A DNA stretch of 64,000 nucleotides from an uncultured delta proteobacterium (lineage in GTDB: Bacteria > Myxococcota > Myxococcia > Myxococcales > Myxococcaceae): the NCBI GenBank assembly GCA_963771175.1, contig CAVYSY010000008.1:48299-112298 (forward strand), given 5' to 3'. Position numbers and translations under genes: made by a program. The notes beneath the pieces were generated by a model, which saw only the letters and a program-made list of their open reading frames with translations, was not told the origin of the DNA and searched no databases. This document shows, piece by piece, positions 1-12,916 of this stretch (the first letter of the stretch is position 1; each line of letters begins with the position of its first letter).

Positions 1-702
1 GACAATCTTGAGGTCGAAGTCCTCGCCGCCCAGCGCGGAGTCGCCACCGGTGGCCTTCACCTCATAGACGCCGTCCGTGATCTCCAGGACGGTGACATCG
101 AAGGTGCCGCCGCCCAGGTCGAACACGAGCGCGTGGCCCTGGAAGCCGCGCGACAGCCCGTAGGCGAGCGCCGCGGCGGTGGGCTCGTTGATGAGGCGGA
201 TGACGTCCAGTCCGGCGATGTTGGCCGCCTCGCGCGTGGCCTGGCGCTGCCCGTCGTCGAAGTTGGCCGGAACGGTGATGACGCACTTGCTCACCGGCCG
301 CCCGAAGTACGCCTCGGCGTCCAGCTTCAGCTCCCCCAGAATCATCGCCGACACCTGGGTCACCGGCAGGGTGCGCCCGGCCATCTTCACGCGCACGTCC
401 CCGGTGTTGCCGCCCGCCAGTGGGTAGGGCACCACCGCCTTCGCCGTCTGCACCAACTCCGGGGTGAAGCGCCGCCCGATGAAGCGCTTGGTGGCCCACA
501 CCACGCAATCGGGGTGCTCCTCGGCGAGCGCCTGCGCCTTGATGCCCACCACCCGCTCGGCCAGCTTCGGCGTGAGTCCCACGACGGAGGGCGTCAGCCG
601 CCCTCCCGCGCGCGAGGGGATGATGCGCGGCTGGCCCCCCTCCACGGTGGCCACGGCGCTGTTGGTGGTGCCCAGGTCGATGCCGATGACGGGTTCGCGC
701 AT
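1..702 (-). CDS. Hsp70/DnaK-family chaperone (5' part; runs off window)
   Basis: Reverse-strand translation from ATG at 702: [15 protein letters not shown]...[17 protein letters not shown]...[12 protein letters not shown]...[11 protein letters not shown], all Hsp70 signature motifs. Probably a myxobacterial paralog rather than the main dnaK. Confidence 0.92.
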   Translation of the reverse strand, partial: MREPVIGIDLGTTNSAVATVEGGQPRIIPSRAGGRLTPSVVGLTPKLAERVVGIKAQALAEEHPDCVVWATKRFIGRRFTPELVQTAKAVVPYPLAGGNTGDVRVKMAGRTLPVTQVSAMILGELKLDAEAYFGRPVSKCVITVPANFDDGQRQATREAANIAGLDVIRLINEPTAAALAYGLSRGFQGHALVFDLGGGTFDVTVLEITDGVYEVKATGGDSALGGEDFDLKIV

Positions 703-863
703 TGGGAGATGGGGTCATGATACGCCGGAGTCGCGTGGGTCCGGAGGCCCCCTTGCCTCCCACCCGACCGGGTACAGCCGCAGGGGAACTTATTGGAGAC
801 CTTGGACAAGCGCCGCGCCCGGCGTTGCCCCAGGGCGGGGGGCGTGCTAAGGGCCGCCGCGCC

Positions 864-1410
864 ATGGTGAACGTGTCAATCGCCCGCCGTTACGCCCGCG
901 CGCTCCTCGACGTCGCCACTGAAGCTGGCCGCGCCGATGCGGTGTCCGAGCAGCTCTCCTCTTTCTCCGGCTCGATCGCCCAGAATCGCGAGCTGGCGGA
1001 CGTGCTCTTCAACCCGGCCTACAGCCGCGAGCAGCGCACCGCGCGTGGTGGAGTCGCTCCTCAAGGCCCTCGGCCCGGTGGAGCCCGTGCTGGCCAACAC
1101 CCTGCGCCTGCTGGTGGACCGCAACCGCCTGGGTTACCTGCCGGACATCGCCCGCCTCTACCGGGACATGGCCGACGCCCATGCCGGTCGCGTGCGCGGC
1201 CAGGTGACGAGCGCCGTCCCCCTCTCCGCCGACACCCTCCAGAGCCTCGCCGGCACCCTCAAGACGCTCACCCAGCGCAACGTGGTGCTCGAGGCCAAGG
1301 TGGACCCCACGGTCCTCGGCGGCGTCTCCGCCCAGGTGGGCAGCACCCTCTATGACGGCACCCTGCGCACCCAGCTCGAGCAGATGCGCCGTCAGCTCAA
1401 GCAGCGCTAG
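864..1410 (+). CDS. atpH: F1F0 ATP synthase subunit delta (apparent indel near 1040)
   Basis: MVNVSIARRYARALLDVA... joined to ...NTLRLLVDRNRLGYLPDI...VTSAVPLS...VDPTVLGGVSAQVGSTLYDGTLRTQL across two frames. Confidence 0.93.
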
Positions 1411-1568
1411 GTAGCACCATGAGAGAGGGCCCGCTCGCACGGCCGGTCTCCATCCCGGCAGTCCCGGCGTTGTCCGGTCCCTCGCACTTCCCGGCAAGCC
1501 CGGTATTCCCAGCGGGAGCGGGAAGGGATATGGTGGATTCACGGGTCTCCCAGGCCCGTGTCTCCTCC

Positions 1569-3053
1569 ATGGCGCAGCCCGTCCTCAACCTCTCTCATGC
1601 CAGCACTCCGGCCCCTTCGTTGCCCGAGGAGGCCGTGCCCTGCGTGGGCGCCCTGCTCCAGGCCTCGGGGCTGGGACTGGCCTTCCTGGACCGGGAGCTG
1701 CGCTTCCGCTTCATCAGCACCGCCCTCATCACCCTGAGCGGAATGCCCGGCGCCCTGTACGAGGGCCGCACGGTGGCCGAGGTCTGGCCGGGTCTGGCCA
1801 TCGGGCTGGCCCCGCTGCTCTCGCGCGCCATGGCGGGCGAGTCGGTGACGGGGGCTCAGGTGTCCGGCACGCTGGGCAGCGCCGGGGGCCACGGGGTGCG
1901 CCACCTGCGGGTGTCGGTGCTCCCCGCCAGCGCCGGCGGCCTGCGCTCGGGCGTGAGCCTGATGGTGGAGGACGAGACGGAGCGCGTGGAGCAGGAGCTG
2001 GCCCTGCGCGAGAGCGAGGCACGGCTGAGCGGCCTCGTCGCCGTCTCCTGCGACGGCGTCTTCCTCCATGAGGAGGGCACCATCATCGAGGCGAGCCACT
2101 CCCTGGCCAACCTGTTCGGGAGCACGCCCGAGAAGATGAAGGGTCAGCCCATCGTGCGGTGGATCGCCCCCGAGTCCCACGAGGCGGTGAAGCAGGCGAT
2201 CGCCCGGCAGGTGGAGGCTCCCTACGAGTTGACGGGGCTGCGCTCCGACGGCAAGCGGCTCTTCCTGGAGGTGCTCGGGCGGCAGGTGGAGTACTCCGGC
2301 CGCACGGTGCGGATGACGGCCGTGTGGGACATCAGCGCCCGCAAGGCCGCCGAGGAGGCCACCACCCGCGCCGACATCTTCCGCGAGCAGCTCCTGGGGG
2401 TGGTGGGGCACGACCTGCGCACCCCCCTCTATGCCATCCAGCTCAGCGTGGGGGCGCTCCAGCGCGCCGGTGGGCTGAACGACACGCAGTCGCGCCAGGT
2501 GGCGCACGTGGCCACCGCCTCCAAGCGCATGGAGCGGATGATCCACGAGCTGCTGGACTACACCCGCGCCCGGCTGGCCGGCGGCATCCCCGTGCGCCCC
2601 ACCCCCCTGTCCCTGGAGAAGCTGCTGGAGCGCGCGGTGGAGGACTTCCAGACGTCGCACCCCACCCGGCTGATCTCCTCCAGCGTGGAGGGAGACGTCC
2701 GGGGGAGCTGGGACGAGTCGCGGCTCGGGCAGCTCCTGGACAACCTCGTGGGCAATGCCCTGCAGCACAGTCCCGAGGACACCCCGGTGGAGGTGAAGCT
2801 CGCCGAGGGGTCGGACGGCGGCATCAGCCTCACGGTGCGCAACGAGGGGACTCCCGTGCCGCTCGAGGAGCGGGCGACCCTCTTCGAGCCCTTCAAGCGG
2901 GGCAAGCGTGCCAGTGGCGATGGGCTCGGCCTGGGCCTCTACATCGCCCGGCAGATCGTGGTGGCCCACGGGGGCCGCATCTCGGTGGAGTCCGGGGTGG
3001 GACTGGGGACGCGCTTCAACGTCTGGCTCCCCCGCCACGCCCCCGGCGCCTAG
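1569..3053 (+). CDS. PAS-PAS sensor histidine kinase
   Basis: Two PAS-like regions, H-box GHDLRTPL, N-box NLVGNALQHS, G-boxes GLGLGLYIARQIVVAHGG. Confidence 0.92.
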   Translation: MAQPVLNLSHASTPAPSLPEEAVPCVGALLQASGLGLAFLDRELRFRFISTALITLSGMPGALYEGRTVAEVWPGLAIGLAPLLSRAMAGESVTGAQVSGTLGSAGGHGVRHLRVSVLPASAGGLRSGVSLMVEDETERVEQELALRESEARLSGLVAVSCDGVFLHEEGTIIEASHSLANLFGSTPEKMKGQPIVRWIAPESHEAVKQAIARQVEAPYELTGLRSDGKRLFLEVLGRQVEYSGRTVRMTAVWDISARKAAEEATTRADIFREQLLGVVGHDLRTPLYAIQLSVGALQRAGGLNDTQSRQVAHVATASKRMERMIHELLDYTRARLAGGIPVRPTPLSLEKLLERAVEDFQTSHPTRLISSSVEGDVRGSWDESRLGQLLDNLVGNALQHSPEDTPVEVKLAEGSDGGISLTVRNEGTPVPLEERATLFEPFKRGKRASGDGLGLGLYIARQIVVAHGGRISVESGVGLGTRFNVWLPRHAPGA

Positions 3054-3218
3054 AGGGAAAACCCCTCCCCCCAGTGGCTCTTACAGGGCCAATGACAACG
3101 TGTGCCCCAGGACACCCTTGCGCGTTGCGGTGGGGGGGTGCGCGTGGTAAGGGGGCCCCCGCCATATTCAGCTTTCGTGGCGGCATTCCCACCGGCCGCC
3201 CCTGTACAAGGACGCAAG

Positions 3219-4768
<1,550 letters not shown>

Positions 4769-4798
4769 TCCGCGCCCTCCGAGGTTGATCTCACCCGG

Positions 4799-4838
4799 GC
4801 CCCGCGCTCCCTTCCGAGGGACGCGGGGCTTCGTGTTT
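4799..4838. terminator. Probable intrinsic terminator after atpA
   Basis: GC stem gccccgcg(ctccct)-tccg-(aggga)cgcggggc followed by ttcgtgttt, lying between convergent genes. Confidence 0.65.
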
Positions 4839-4845
4839 CAGGGGC

Positions 4846-5172
4846 TCAGGCGATCACCTTGCCCGCCACCTGGAGCGCCTTGTCCAGGTAGCCGGCGAGC
4901 TCGCCCAGCCGGCCCACCACCTGGCTCACCTTGTTCAGGTCGTCGGCGGCCTGGGCGAGGGCGTGGTTGGTGTCGTGCATGGCGGCGGTGGCCTGCTTGA
5001 ACTCGGCCGACTCCGCATCGAAGCGCGCGCCGAGCAACCGCATCATCAGCTCGCGCAGCCGCTTGCCGTGGGCGAGGTACTCCGCGCGCGTCTCCGCCGG
5101 CAGGGCGCCACTCATGGACAGGTCGAAGCTGCGCTCGATGATGCGGGTCAACGTCTGCGTGTCGAAGAGCAT
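4846..5172 (-). CDS. Small alpha-helical hypothetical protein
   Basis: 108-aa ORF with typical codon usage; starts 3 bp after the stop of the upstream lipoprotein. Confidence 0.75.
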   Translation of the reverse strand: MLFDTQTLTRIIERSFDLSMSGALPAETRAEYLAHGKRLRELMMRLLGARFDAESAEFKQATAAMHDTNHALAQAADDLNKVSQVVGRLGELAGYLDKALQVAGKVIA

Positions 5173-5175
5173 GGC

Positions 5176-6140
5176 TCACTCCCCCTCGGGATTGCGGATG
5201 CGCTGCACGGCGGCGGCGGCCACCTGGACGCGGCCCTGGAAGGCCTGCATGGCCGCGGACAGCTCCTCGAAGGACTCCAGCTCGCGCTCGGCGCGGGCGA
5301 AGCGCAGCAGGGCCTCGTGCGCTTCACGCAGGGCCCGGGCCATGTCCACCGGGTTGGCCACCACCAGGGCCTCGTAGTCCTCGGAGGCGCGGCGGATGTC
5401 CGCGAGCACCTCGCGACGCTCGGCCAGCGAGAGCTTGTTCTTCTGGGCGTTGTAGAAGCCCACCCGCGAGGCCAGCGCCTGCTTCGCGCCCGTGAGCCGC
5501 TGGGGCCCGAGCACGTCCAGCATGTCCGCCTCCAGCAGGTCGATGATGGCCTTCACCTGGGGCTCCCCCTGCTCGATGCCCTTCTGGAGCGCCTGCGGCC
5601 TGCTTGTTCTCCAGGTAGAGCGAGCCCACCACGCTCACCAGCGCCGTCACCGGCGCCACGTACTTGCTGGCCGAGGTGTCCCCCTGCTCCCGCCAGCGTC
5701 TGGAGCTGCTGACCCAGCCCGCCGAGCTGCTGGCCCAGGGGCTGCGCGCTCTCGGGCAGCTTGCCCGGAACCTCGGAGCCGGCCAGGGTGACGAGCCGCT
5801 CGGCGTAGACGCCCAGCAGCGCGATGGCGTCCATGCGCGCCTGGATGGACTCCGGCGTGAAGACCTTGCCCAGCAGCGGCGTGGGCTGGCCGCTCGCGTC
5901 GGTGGCGAGCACCTCCAGCCCCGTGTCGTACAGGCGCTCGTCGAGGTAGAGATTCCTCTCGAAGCGGTTCATCTCCGCGTAATAGCCGCCCAGCGCGGTA
6001 CTGGCCTGCGCGGTGCCCATCTGGAACTGCGCCACGGGCTCCCGGAAACTGCCGGGCGTCTTGCACCCCGGCAGCAGTGCCAGCACGAGCGCCAGCGATG
6101 CAGCCGGTAAGGACCGCGCCCACCCTCGCATCCGTCTCAT
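5176..6140 (-). CDS. Helical/coiled-coil lipoprotein, unknown function (indels near 5560-5690)
   Basis: Signal peptide with lipobox LLPGC; pieces in ORFs 5553-6140, 5324-5659 and 5176-5556 join into one protein. Confidence 0.7.
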
Positions 6141-6267
6141 CGGCTCCCCCTACATCCGTGTGGAGTACGTCTCCTCCAGCCTACTGCTTCCGGAGGACGG
6201 AGGTGCTCTCCACTTCGCCCGCCGGAAGCTGGAGAACACGGAGCCGGGCCTGGGCGGGGCCTGACGC

Positions 6268-7119
6268 TCAGCCGCGCAGGCGCGGGAGGATGGCGCGCAG
6301 GCTCGGGTCCATCCCGCCGCGGGAGCCGAGCGCGGCGATGGCCTGGCGCTCGTACTCCAGCGTGTTGATGCGGGCCACGAGCTGCACGCTCGCCCCGAGC
6401 GCCGCGGGCATCGCCAGGTCCAGCTCGTAGATGTCGCCGGCCACCAGCGTCGTCTCCGGAGAGGTGTCCGTCTCGTTCCAGATGCGGCGCAGCGCCTCGT
6501 AGTAGCGGCCGCGCCGCAGGTGGATGGGGCGCACCAGCGGGGGCGCCCGCACCGTCTCGGGCACCGCGTCGAAGACGGAGTCGCTCGTCGCCGGGTCCTC
6601 GATGAGGAACTTGCGCGCGTCACCGGACACGCGCAGGCGCTCGCGGCCGCGCGGGGCCAGCTTCGTCAGCTTGGCCTCCACCGTGTCCGTGTGCGCGTTG
6701 GTGACGACGTGCACGGGCAGCCCGGTGTCCAGCAACGCCTCCAGCACCTCCTTGGCCTCGGGCTTGAAGGCCATGCCCACCTGCGCGTACGCCTCGCGGT
6801 AGAGCGCGTCCAGCAGCTTCGCGCGCTCGGCCTTGTCCGGCAGCACCCCGAGCCTGTCGCACAGCCGCCGCGCCACGAAGTTGGACAGCAGGTACGGGTC
6901 CGCCAGGGCCGGCGCCACGACGCGGCCTCCCACCTCCCAGCCGTGCTCCTCCGAGCTGGTCGCCACCTCGTGCTCCACCTCGGCCCACCCCGCCTCCATC
7001 ACGTCGCGGCCAATCACCTCGGACAGGCGCCGACGGAAGTGCTGGACGAAAGGAGTCCCTTCCGCCACCACGTCCGTGAAGGTCCCGTCGAAATCCAACA
7101 CCACGCATCGAATCGCCAT
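6268..7119 (-). CDS. HAD-family hydrolase
   Basis: Motif I VVLDFDGTFTD, motif II VVTN, motif IV AGDIYELD. Confidence 0.9.
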   Translation of the reverse strand: MAIRCVVLDFDGTFTDVVAEGTPFVQHFRRRLSEVIGRDVMEAGWAEVEHEVATSSEEHGWEVGGRVVAPALADPYLLSNFVARRLCDRLGVLPDKAERAKLLDALYREAYAQVGMAFKPEAKEVLEALLDTGLPVHVVTNAHTDTVEAKLTKLAPRGRERLRVSGDARKFLIEDPATSDSVFDAVPETVRAPPLVRPIHLRRGRYYEALRRIWNETDTSPETTLVAGDIYELDLAMPAALGASVQLVARINTLEYERQAIAALGSRGGMDPSLRAILPRLRG

Positions 7120-7629
7120 CGTCCTGAATCCTCGCTGTCGCAGGAGGTGCGCAATAGGCCCCCTCCCCGCCTGGAATCAAGCCCGAGCGCGTCACCAACG
7201 GCAAGGGAACCACCGGCAGCGCGGGCGTGTCAGACCCCACGTGTAGAACGGAGGCTGGCGGTCGACGGAGGAACCGCGGGCCCCGGCGCCGGGAGACGCT
7301 GGGGCCCGCGGGAATGTCAGACCCTCCGTCTATACCGAAGAGTGTCGGCGCGACGAGGCGCCGCGGGTTCCGGCGGTCCCTGGGAAGGCCACTGGAGCCT
7401 ACATCGCAGTAGGGCTGCACTTCCGCCAACCACCCTGTGGGTGCGAGGCGGCGGGGGCGGCGCGTCCGGATCCCCTCCCCGGGCGCGCCGCCTCATCTTT
7501 TTCCAGCTCCCGGGAGTCCACCCCCCGCGGGAGGGCCCGCTGATGGACGCGCCCCCCTTTCACCTTGAGTCCTACCCGAGTTCCCCGACTACGCTTGGAG
7601 CACAAACCACGAGCGCCGGAGAGGAGCGG

Positions 7630-8468
7630 ATGGAGCGAGCAGCGAGCGACACGGAGAAGCGTCGGCGCGCGCGGTTGCCATGGCTGTTGCTGGCGGGCAC
7701 GGTGGGTGTCTCGGCACTGGGCGGGTGGCTGGCGTGGCGCTCCATCTCCTCGCTGCTGACGCGGGTGGAGCAATTGGAGCGCGCGGGCAACGAGTCCGAG
7801 GCGCGAGTCGCCGAGCTGCAGGTACTGCGCGACAGCATGGCGCGGCGGCTGCGCCAGATGGAACAGCAGCAACAGGGAATGACGGCGGCGCTCGGCCGCC
7901 GCGTCAGCGAGCAGGGCCCGCTTCTCGCGAGGCGCGAGGTGGCGCGGGCGGAGCTGGAGAAGCTGCTGAAGGGGGAGCTGGAGAGGGGCGAGGCCTTCCT
8001 GGAGGAGTCGGACGGGCGGCTGCGGGTGGAGCTGGCGGACCGGCTCCTCTTCGAGCCGCGCAAGGCGGCGCTGACGCCCGGGGGCGCGCAGTTGCTGACG
8101 CGGGTGGGTGCGAAGCTGGCGGGGGTGGAGGGACACCTCGTGCAGGTAGCGGCGCACACGGACGCGGTGCAGGAGGCGCCAGAGACGACCGCCCCGCCGA
8201 CGAGCTGGGAGCTGTCGGCGGCGCGCGCGGTGACGGTGGTGCGCCACCTCGGGGAGAAGGCGAGATTCTCTCCGGCGAAGCTGGTGGCGGCGGGCTACGG
8301 GCCCCACCACCCGGTGGTGGTGGATGATGGGCCGCTGGCCCGGGAGCGCAACCGGAGGCTGGAGCTGCAGCTCATGCCCGCGCCGGTGCCGCAGGCCAAC
8401 CCCCACCCCCACCGCCGGCCCCCGCGGACCAGCGGCTGGCGAAGAAGCGCCCCGGCAACGCGCGCTGA
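7630..8468 (+). CDS. OmpA/MotB-family membrane protein (3' indel)
   Basis: GAGGAG RBS, TM helix, coiled coil, then LLFE...AHTD...SWELSAARAVTVV...AAGYG...NRRLEL OmpA/MotB domain. Confidence 0.85.
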
Positions 8469-8564
8469 CCGCCGGGAAAATCCCTTGAATAAACACGACC
8501 AGGCAGCCGTCCGAGCGCTCCGTCACCTCTCGCTGCCCCTTCTTGTTCCCAGGAGGAGTTCCCC

Positions 8565-9463
8565 GTGTCCACCCTCAGGCACCTCGTGTGCGCTTCGCTG
8601 GCGACTGGCCTGTTCCTCACCACTGGCACGGCAGAGGCCCGCTTCGGTAAGCGCTCCGACTCCAGCTCCAGCGACGAGAAGGAGGAGAAAGCGCGAGGAG
8701 CGCAAGCACGAGGCCTCGCCCGTGAGCAGCAGCTCCAGTTCCAGCAGCAGCAGCTCCAGCCGCCACGAAGCGACGCCGGTGGGTGGGAGCAGCAGCGACT
8801 CGAGCGACGCCGACGAGGATGACAACTCCGGCTACGCCACCTCGTACAACGGCTCCAGCAGCGTGACCGTCGTCCGGTGTCCGATGACCACCACCGCCGA
8901 TGTACGCCTACTGGCACAGCGGCTCGATGGGCGAACCGCGCGCCGAGCCCGGTGCTGGTGCGGATGGGTCTGACGGGGCAGGCGATGGGAGACGGCAGCG
9001 CGCTGGGGCTGGACCTGGGCTTCGAGGGGATGCGGTGGGGCGTGGACGGACGCGCTGACGGCGATGACGCTGCCGACGGATGACGGCACCGCGGGCGAGG
9101 ACAAGATCGGCCTCTACTCGGCGCACCTGACGTACGCGCTGTACTCCAGCGACCGCGGGCGGCTGCGGCGGAGGCGGGTGTGGCCGTGGCGGCCGCGCCG
9201 GACGTCACCTTCATGGGCCCGAGCATCGCCATGTCCTTCGAGCGCTGCCTCTTCGGCGGACTGGACCTGGAAGGCCGCGGCACCTCGTGGTGGTGCCGTA
9301 CACGCAGCTCGATGCGCAGGCGGGGCTCGGGCTGCACCTGGGCATCCTCACCCTGCGCACGGGCTGGCGGTGGCTGCTCCTCAACGACCGCGGCCTCGTC
9401 GATGGCGAGGCGCACCAGGACGTCTTCGCCGGGCCCTACGCGGGCCTCGGTCTCAACTTCTAG
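8565..9463 (+). CDS. Secreted/outer-membrane hypothetical protein (several indels)
   Basis: AGGAGG RBS, signal peptide ending AEA, Ser-rich linker, beta-strand-like C-terminus ending ...GPYAGLGLNF*. Confidence 0.6.
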
Positions 9464-9532
9464 GCGGCCACGTCGCCCCCTCCCCGCTCCCCCTGTCCGC
9501 GGGAAAGGGCGAGGGGACCGGGCCCCCCGGGC

Positions 9533-10213
9533 TCATTTTCCCGACATTCCCTCGGAGGCGGCCTCCATCCCCATGGGAGTCGGCGCCTCCTCGGCGGACT
9601 CCGCCTTCTTGCCCCGGCGCTTGGGCGGCGGAGCGAGCTTCGGCGCCGAGCCGAACAGCCGCTCGTAGGTCTCCGGGGTGTTGATGTTGACGACGACCCC
9701 CGGGTCCTTCACCGGGACGCGGCGCACCTGCACCGCCTTCAGCGCCCCCTCGAGCTGCGCCTCACCCGACTCCAGCAGGCTCTCGGCGACGCCGCGCGAG
9801 AGGATGATGGGGTAGCCGGCGGCCCCGTCGAACTCGGGGCGCATGGCCTCCAGGGAGTCCCCCATCGACTTGAGGAGGGACTTGAGCGTGGAGGCCCGCA
9901 GGGCGGGCATGTCCACCGGGTGGAGCAGCACCACGTCCGCGCCCTCGTCGAACGCCGCCTCCAGCCCGGCCTTCACCGAGCTGAGCTGCCCCTCCTGCCA
10001 GTGCTCGCTCTCCACCAGATTGACGGCGGGGTGCTGGTCCTTCACGGCCTGGGCGTCCTTCCCCACGACCCCGATGACCGCGCACCCTGCCTTGCCGAAC
10101 GTCGACGCGAGCGACTGCAGGAAGCTCTTGCCCCCCTCGTGCTCGATGAGCGCCTTGGGATGGCCCATCCGCCTGGCCTCGCCCGCGGCGAGGATGATTG
10201 CCACTGCCTTCAT
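9533..10213 (-). CDS. MobA/MocA-like nucleotidyltransferase
   Basis: MKAVAIILAAGEARRMGHPKAL, GQLSSVKAGL, PVDMP, NINTPE. Confidence 0.9.
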   Translation of the reverse strand: MKAVAIILAAGEARRMGHPKALIEHEGGKSFLQSLASTFGKAGCAVIGVVGKDAQAVKDQHPAVNLVESEHWQEGQLSSVKAGLEAAFDEGADVVLLHPVDMPALRASTLKSLLKSMGDSLEAMRPEFDGAAGYPIILSRGVAESLLESGEAQLEGALKAVQVRRVPVKDPGVVVNINTPETYERLFGSAPKLAPPPKRRGKKAESAEEAPTPMGMEAASEGMSGK

Positions 10214-10420
10214 GCCACGCCTCCTCGGCCCCCACCGTTTGGCGTGGGGGCGACCGGCTACAAGCTGACCAGCGTGGAGCGAGCTGGCCGCGCACTGGAG
10301 GGCAGGTCGTTGGGAACACGGCACTTGGAAGCAGCCAGGTGTCCGCCATTCACGAAAGTGCGACCCGCTTCCGCCCATGAGCGAACTTCCGGCCCCCATC
10401 ACCCACCCTCTGAAACGACG

Positions 10421-10712
10421 CTAGTGCACCCAATTGGAGCGGGAGCCCTGACCACCCGGGACGAAAACGAGCCGCGCGGGCCGCTCGTCTGAAATTCCTT
10501 CCGAGGCCATGGCCGCGCGGGCAGTCAGAATTTCAGACATGCGGACCAGCGGGAGCGTGTACCAGATGCGGGACGAGCTCCTCCTCCGCCACGTGGCCGA
10601 GCACATCTCCGTGTCGCTCATCCACCACTGGCAGCAGGTGGACGCCGTAACGGTGCATCACCTCCAGCGCGCGCAGCACGGTGTCGCGCGGATAGAGGAT
10701 GATGTCAGGCAT
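10421..10712 (-). CDS. Small CBS-domain protein (indel near 10575)
   Basis: YPRDTVLRALEVMHRYGVHLLPVVDE..GDVLGHV is a CBS motif; continues in ORF 10421-10621. Confidence 0.7.
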
Positions 10713-10884
10713 TGCAACGACTTGGGTCTCTACCGTGCGGCGCGTCAAGGATACCTCCAGGAAGGAAGCCCGTCTGGCCCCTGCTCGGGCCCTAGCAATC
10801 CCCCTGCCGTCCCCTCGAGGGTCCCCCACGCAACTTTTGGAAGGGATGGAGGATAATGGAGGGAGCATTGCCCGGAGCCCCCCC

Positions 10885-12909
10885 ATGTCCGTGAAGTCCA
10901 CCACCTCGTCCACCTCGTCCATCACCCGACGCCAGCCGGATGCGCTCGCCCCGCAGAAGCCCGCGACGTCCTCCAATCCACTGGAGAAGGTGGGCCAGGC
11001 GCTGCAGAACGCGGCCAAGGGCGTCGCCCAGCACGTCAACCGCGCGGTGGACGTCTTCGAGGCGAAGCTGCCCTCGCTGCCGCGGCCCGCGGGAAAGAAG
11101 CCCTGGGAGGGCATCACCCTCACCGGCAACCCGCTCAAGATTCCGCTCGACGCGCTCAAGAAGGTGGACCTGGGCGACGTCCGCAAGGTGCTCGAGCGCG
11201 TCTTCCCGCCGAAGATTCACGACGAGCAGGGCAAGCAGCTCGTCACCCAGACGCAGGACTTCCGCGACACGCTGGGCAAGGTGCGCTCGCTGTCGGCGGA
11301 GCTGGAGATGCTGCCCGCCTCCCACCCGCGCCGCGCCGAGGTGAAGAAGGCGCTGGAGGCGGCCGAGGGCAAGCTGACGGCGGACTACGGCTACACGCGC
11401 ACCACCGCCCCCAAGCCGGGCGCGATGTGGATAGACCCGCAGTTCGCCGCCAAGGAGCTGCCGGGCGGGAAGCTGAACGCGAGCCACTTCCCCACGGGCA
11501 CGCCGGTGACGAAGCCGCCGGCGCCCATGGACTTCCTCTTCGGCAACGGGCCGCGCGAGCTGACGCTGGGCGAGGGGCCCTCGGCCCGCACGGTGCACAC
11601 CGCCGAGGAGTACAAGGCGGCGGTGGCGGCCCGGCGCGCCGAGCTGGGCATGCCGGTGAAGGACGGTGAGCCCCAGGGCGTTCACCTGAGCCTCCAGGGT
11701 GGCGGCGGCAAGGGCAAGCGCTACGCCGCCATGGTCGCGGAGATGTATGACCTGGGCGTGGTGCCCACGAGCCTGAGCGGCACCTCGGCGGGCTCCATCG
11801 CCGCGGCGTTCGCGGCCACGGGCGCGGGCCCCGCGGAGCTCCAGGCGCTGGCGAAGGACCCCCGGTTGAGCAACCTCTACGACTGGGACCTGGACATGAA
11901 GGACGGAGGCATCCTCAACGGCCAGCAGGCCTTCGACCTCGTCGACCAGGAGCTGCGGCGGATGACGGGGATTACGGACCGTCCGGTGACCTTCGCGGAC
12001 CTGAAGGTGCCGCTGCAGCTCATCGCCGCCAAGAGCTACGACAGCGCGGCGGGTCCGGACGGGGGGACCTCGGCCAAGGACCGCATCTTCGTCTTCAGCC
12101 AGGAGACGACGCCGGATACGCCGGTGGCGCTGGCGGTGCGCGCCTCCATGGCGATTCCGGGCGTCTTCGAGCCGGTGCAGGTGGTGGACCCGGCCACGGG
12201 CCGCCGGATGCACCTGGTGGACGGGGGCGCGCTGGACAACCTGCCCATGGGCTACAACAAGAACGACCTGCCCCAGATTGGCGCGTCGCTCTACTCCCGC
12301 GCCTCGGGCCACCCGGCGGACCACCGCGACACGACGAAGCCGCTGCCCTCGGGAAACCTGGACTCGACCAACGTCCTCTGGAACGCCCTCAACGGCTACA
12401 CGCTGATGAAGGACTCGGGGTCGGACTACAACGACTACATCGACCGGACGCAGCCCAAGGCCAACCAGTACATGCTGTCGCTGCCCACCTGGGACCTGAC
12501 GGACCCGACCAAGAGCAACAGCACGCTGGGCTTCGGCTACGACGCGAAGGTGGACCCCGCGCTGGACGGGCAGTCGCGCCAGGTGACGCGCGACTTCCTG
12601 CGCAACTTCCTCGACGACCTGCGCGTGCCGGGCTCGCGGGGCACGAACTACACGGCGCAGGTGCCCCAGAACATCCACTTCGACCTGCCGGTGGTGGCCA
12701 AGGGCCAGCAGTACCAGGTGAGCTACGCGGGCGGTGACAACCTCATCGTCACCTCCAAGGAAGGCGGCCATCGCAGCGTGCTGCCGGTGGGCAAGCAGCG
12801 CATCGAGGCGATGTACATGGACAACCAGACCTTCGGAGACCTGCCGGCGCAACTGGCCTACACCATCACGAACCCGCGGAGCGTGAAGCCGAGCTGGCTG
12901 CCCTTCTGA
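10885..12909 (+). CDS. Patatin-like phospholipase A2 with long N-terminal extension
   Basis: Oxyanion GGGGKG, nucleophile GTSAG, ASMAIPG and catalytic DGG motifs. Confidence 0.9.
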   Translation: MSVKSTTSSTSSITRRQPDALAPQKPATSSNPLEKVGQALQNAAKGVAQHVNRAVDVFEAKLPSLPRPAGKKPWEGITLTGNPLKIPLDALKKVDLGDVRKVLERVFPPKIHDEQGKQLVTQTQDFRDTLGKVRSLSAELEMLPASHPRRAEVKKALEAAEGKLTADYGYTRTTAPKPGAMWIDPQFAAKELPGGKLNASHFPTGTPVTKPPAPMDFLFGNGPRELTLGEGPSARTVHTAEEYKAAVAARRAELGMPVKDGEPQGVHLSLQGGGGKGKRYAAMVAEMYDLGVVPTSLSGTSAGSIAAAFAATGAGPAELQALAKDPRLSNLYDWDLDMKDGGILNGQQAFDLVDQELRRMTGITDRPVTFADLKVPLQLIAAKSYDSAAGPDGGTSAKDRIFVFSQETTPDTPVALAVRASMAIPGVFEPVQVVDPATGRRMHLVDGGALDNLPMGYNKNDLPQIGASLYSRASGHPADHRDTTKPLPSGNLDSTNVLWNALNGYTLMKDSGSDYNDYIDRTQPKANQYMLSLPTWDLTDPTKSNSTLGFGYDAKVDPALDGQSRQVTRDFLRNFLDDLRVPGSRGTNYTAQVPQNIHFDLPVVAKGQQYQVSYAGGDNLIVTSKEGGHRSVLPVGKQRIEAMYMDNQTFGDLPAQLAYTITNPRSVKPSWLPF

Positions 12910-12916
12910 AAAGGCA

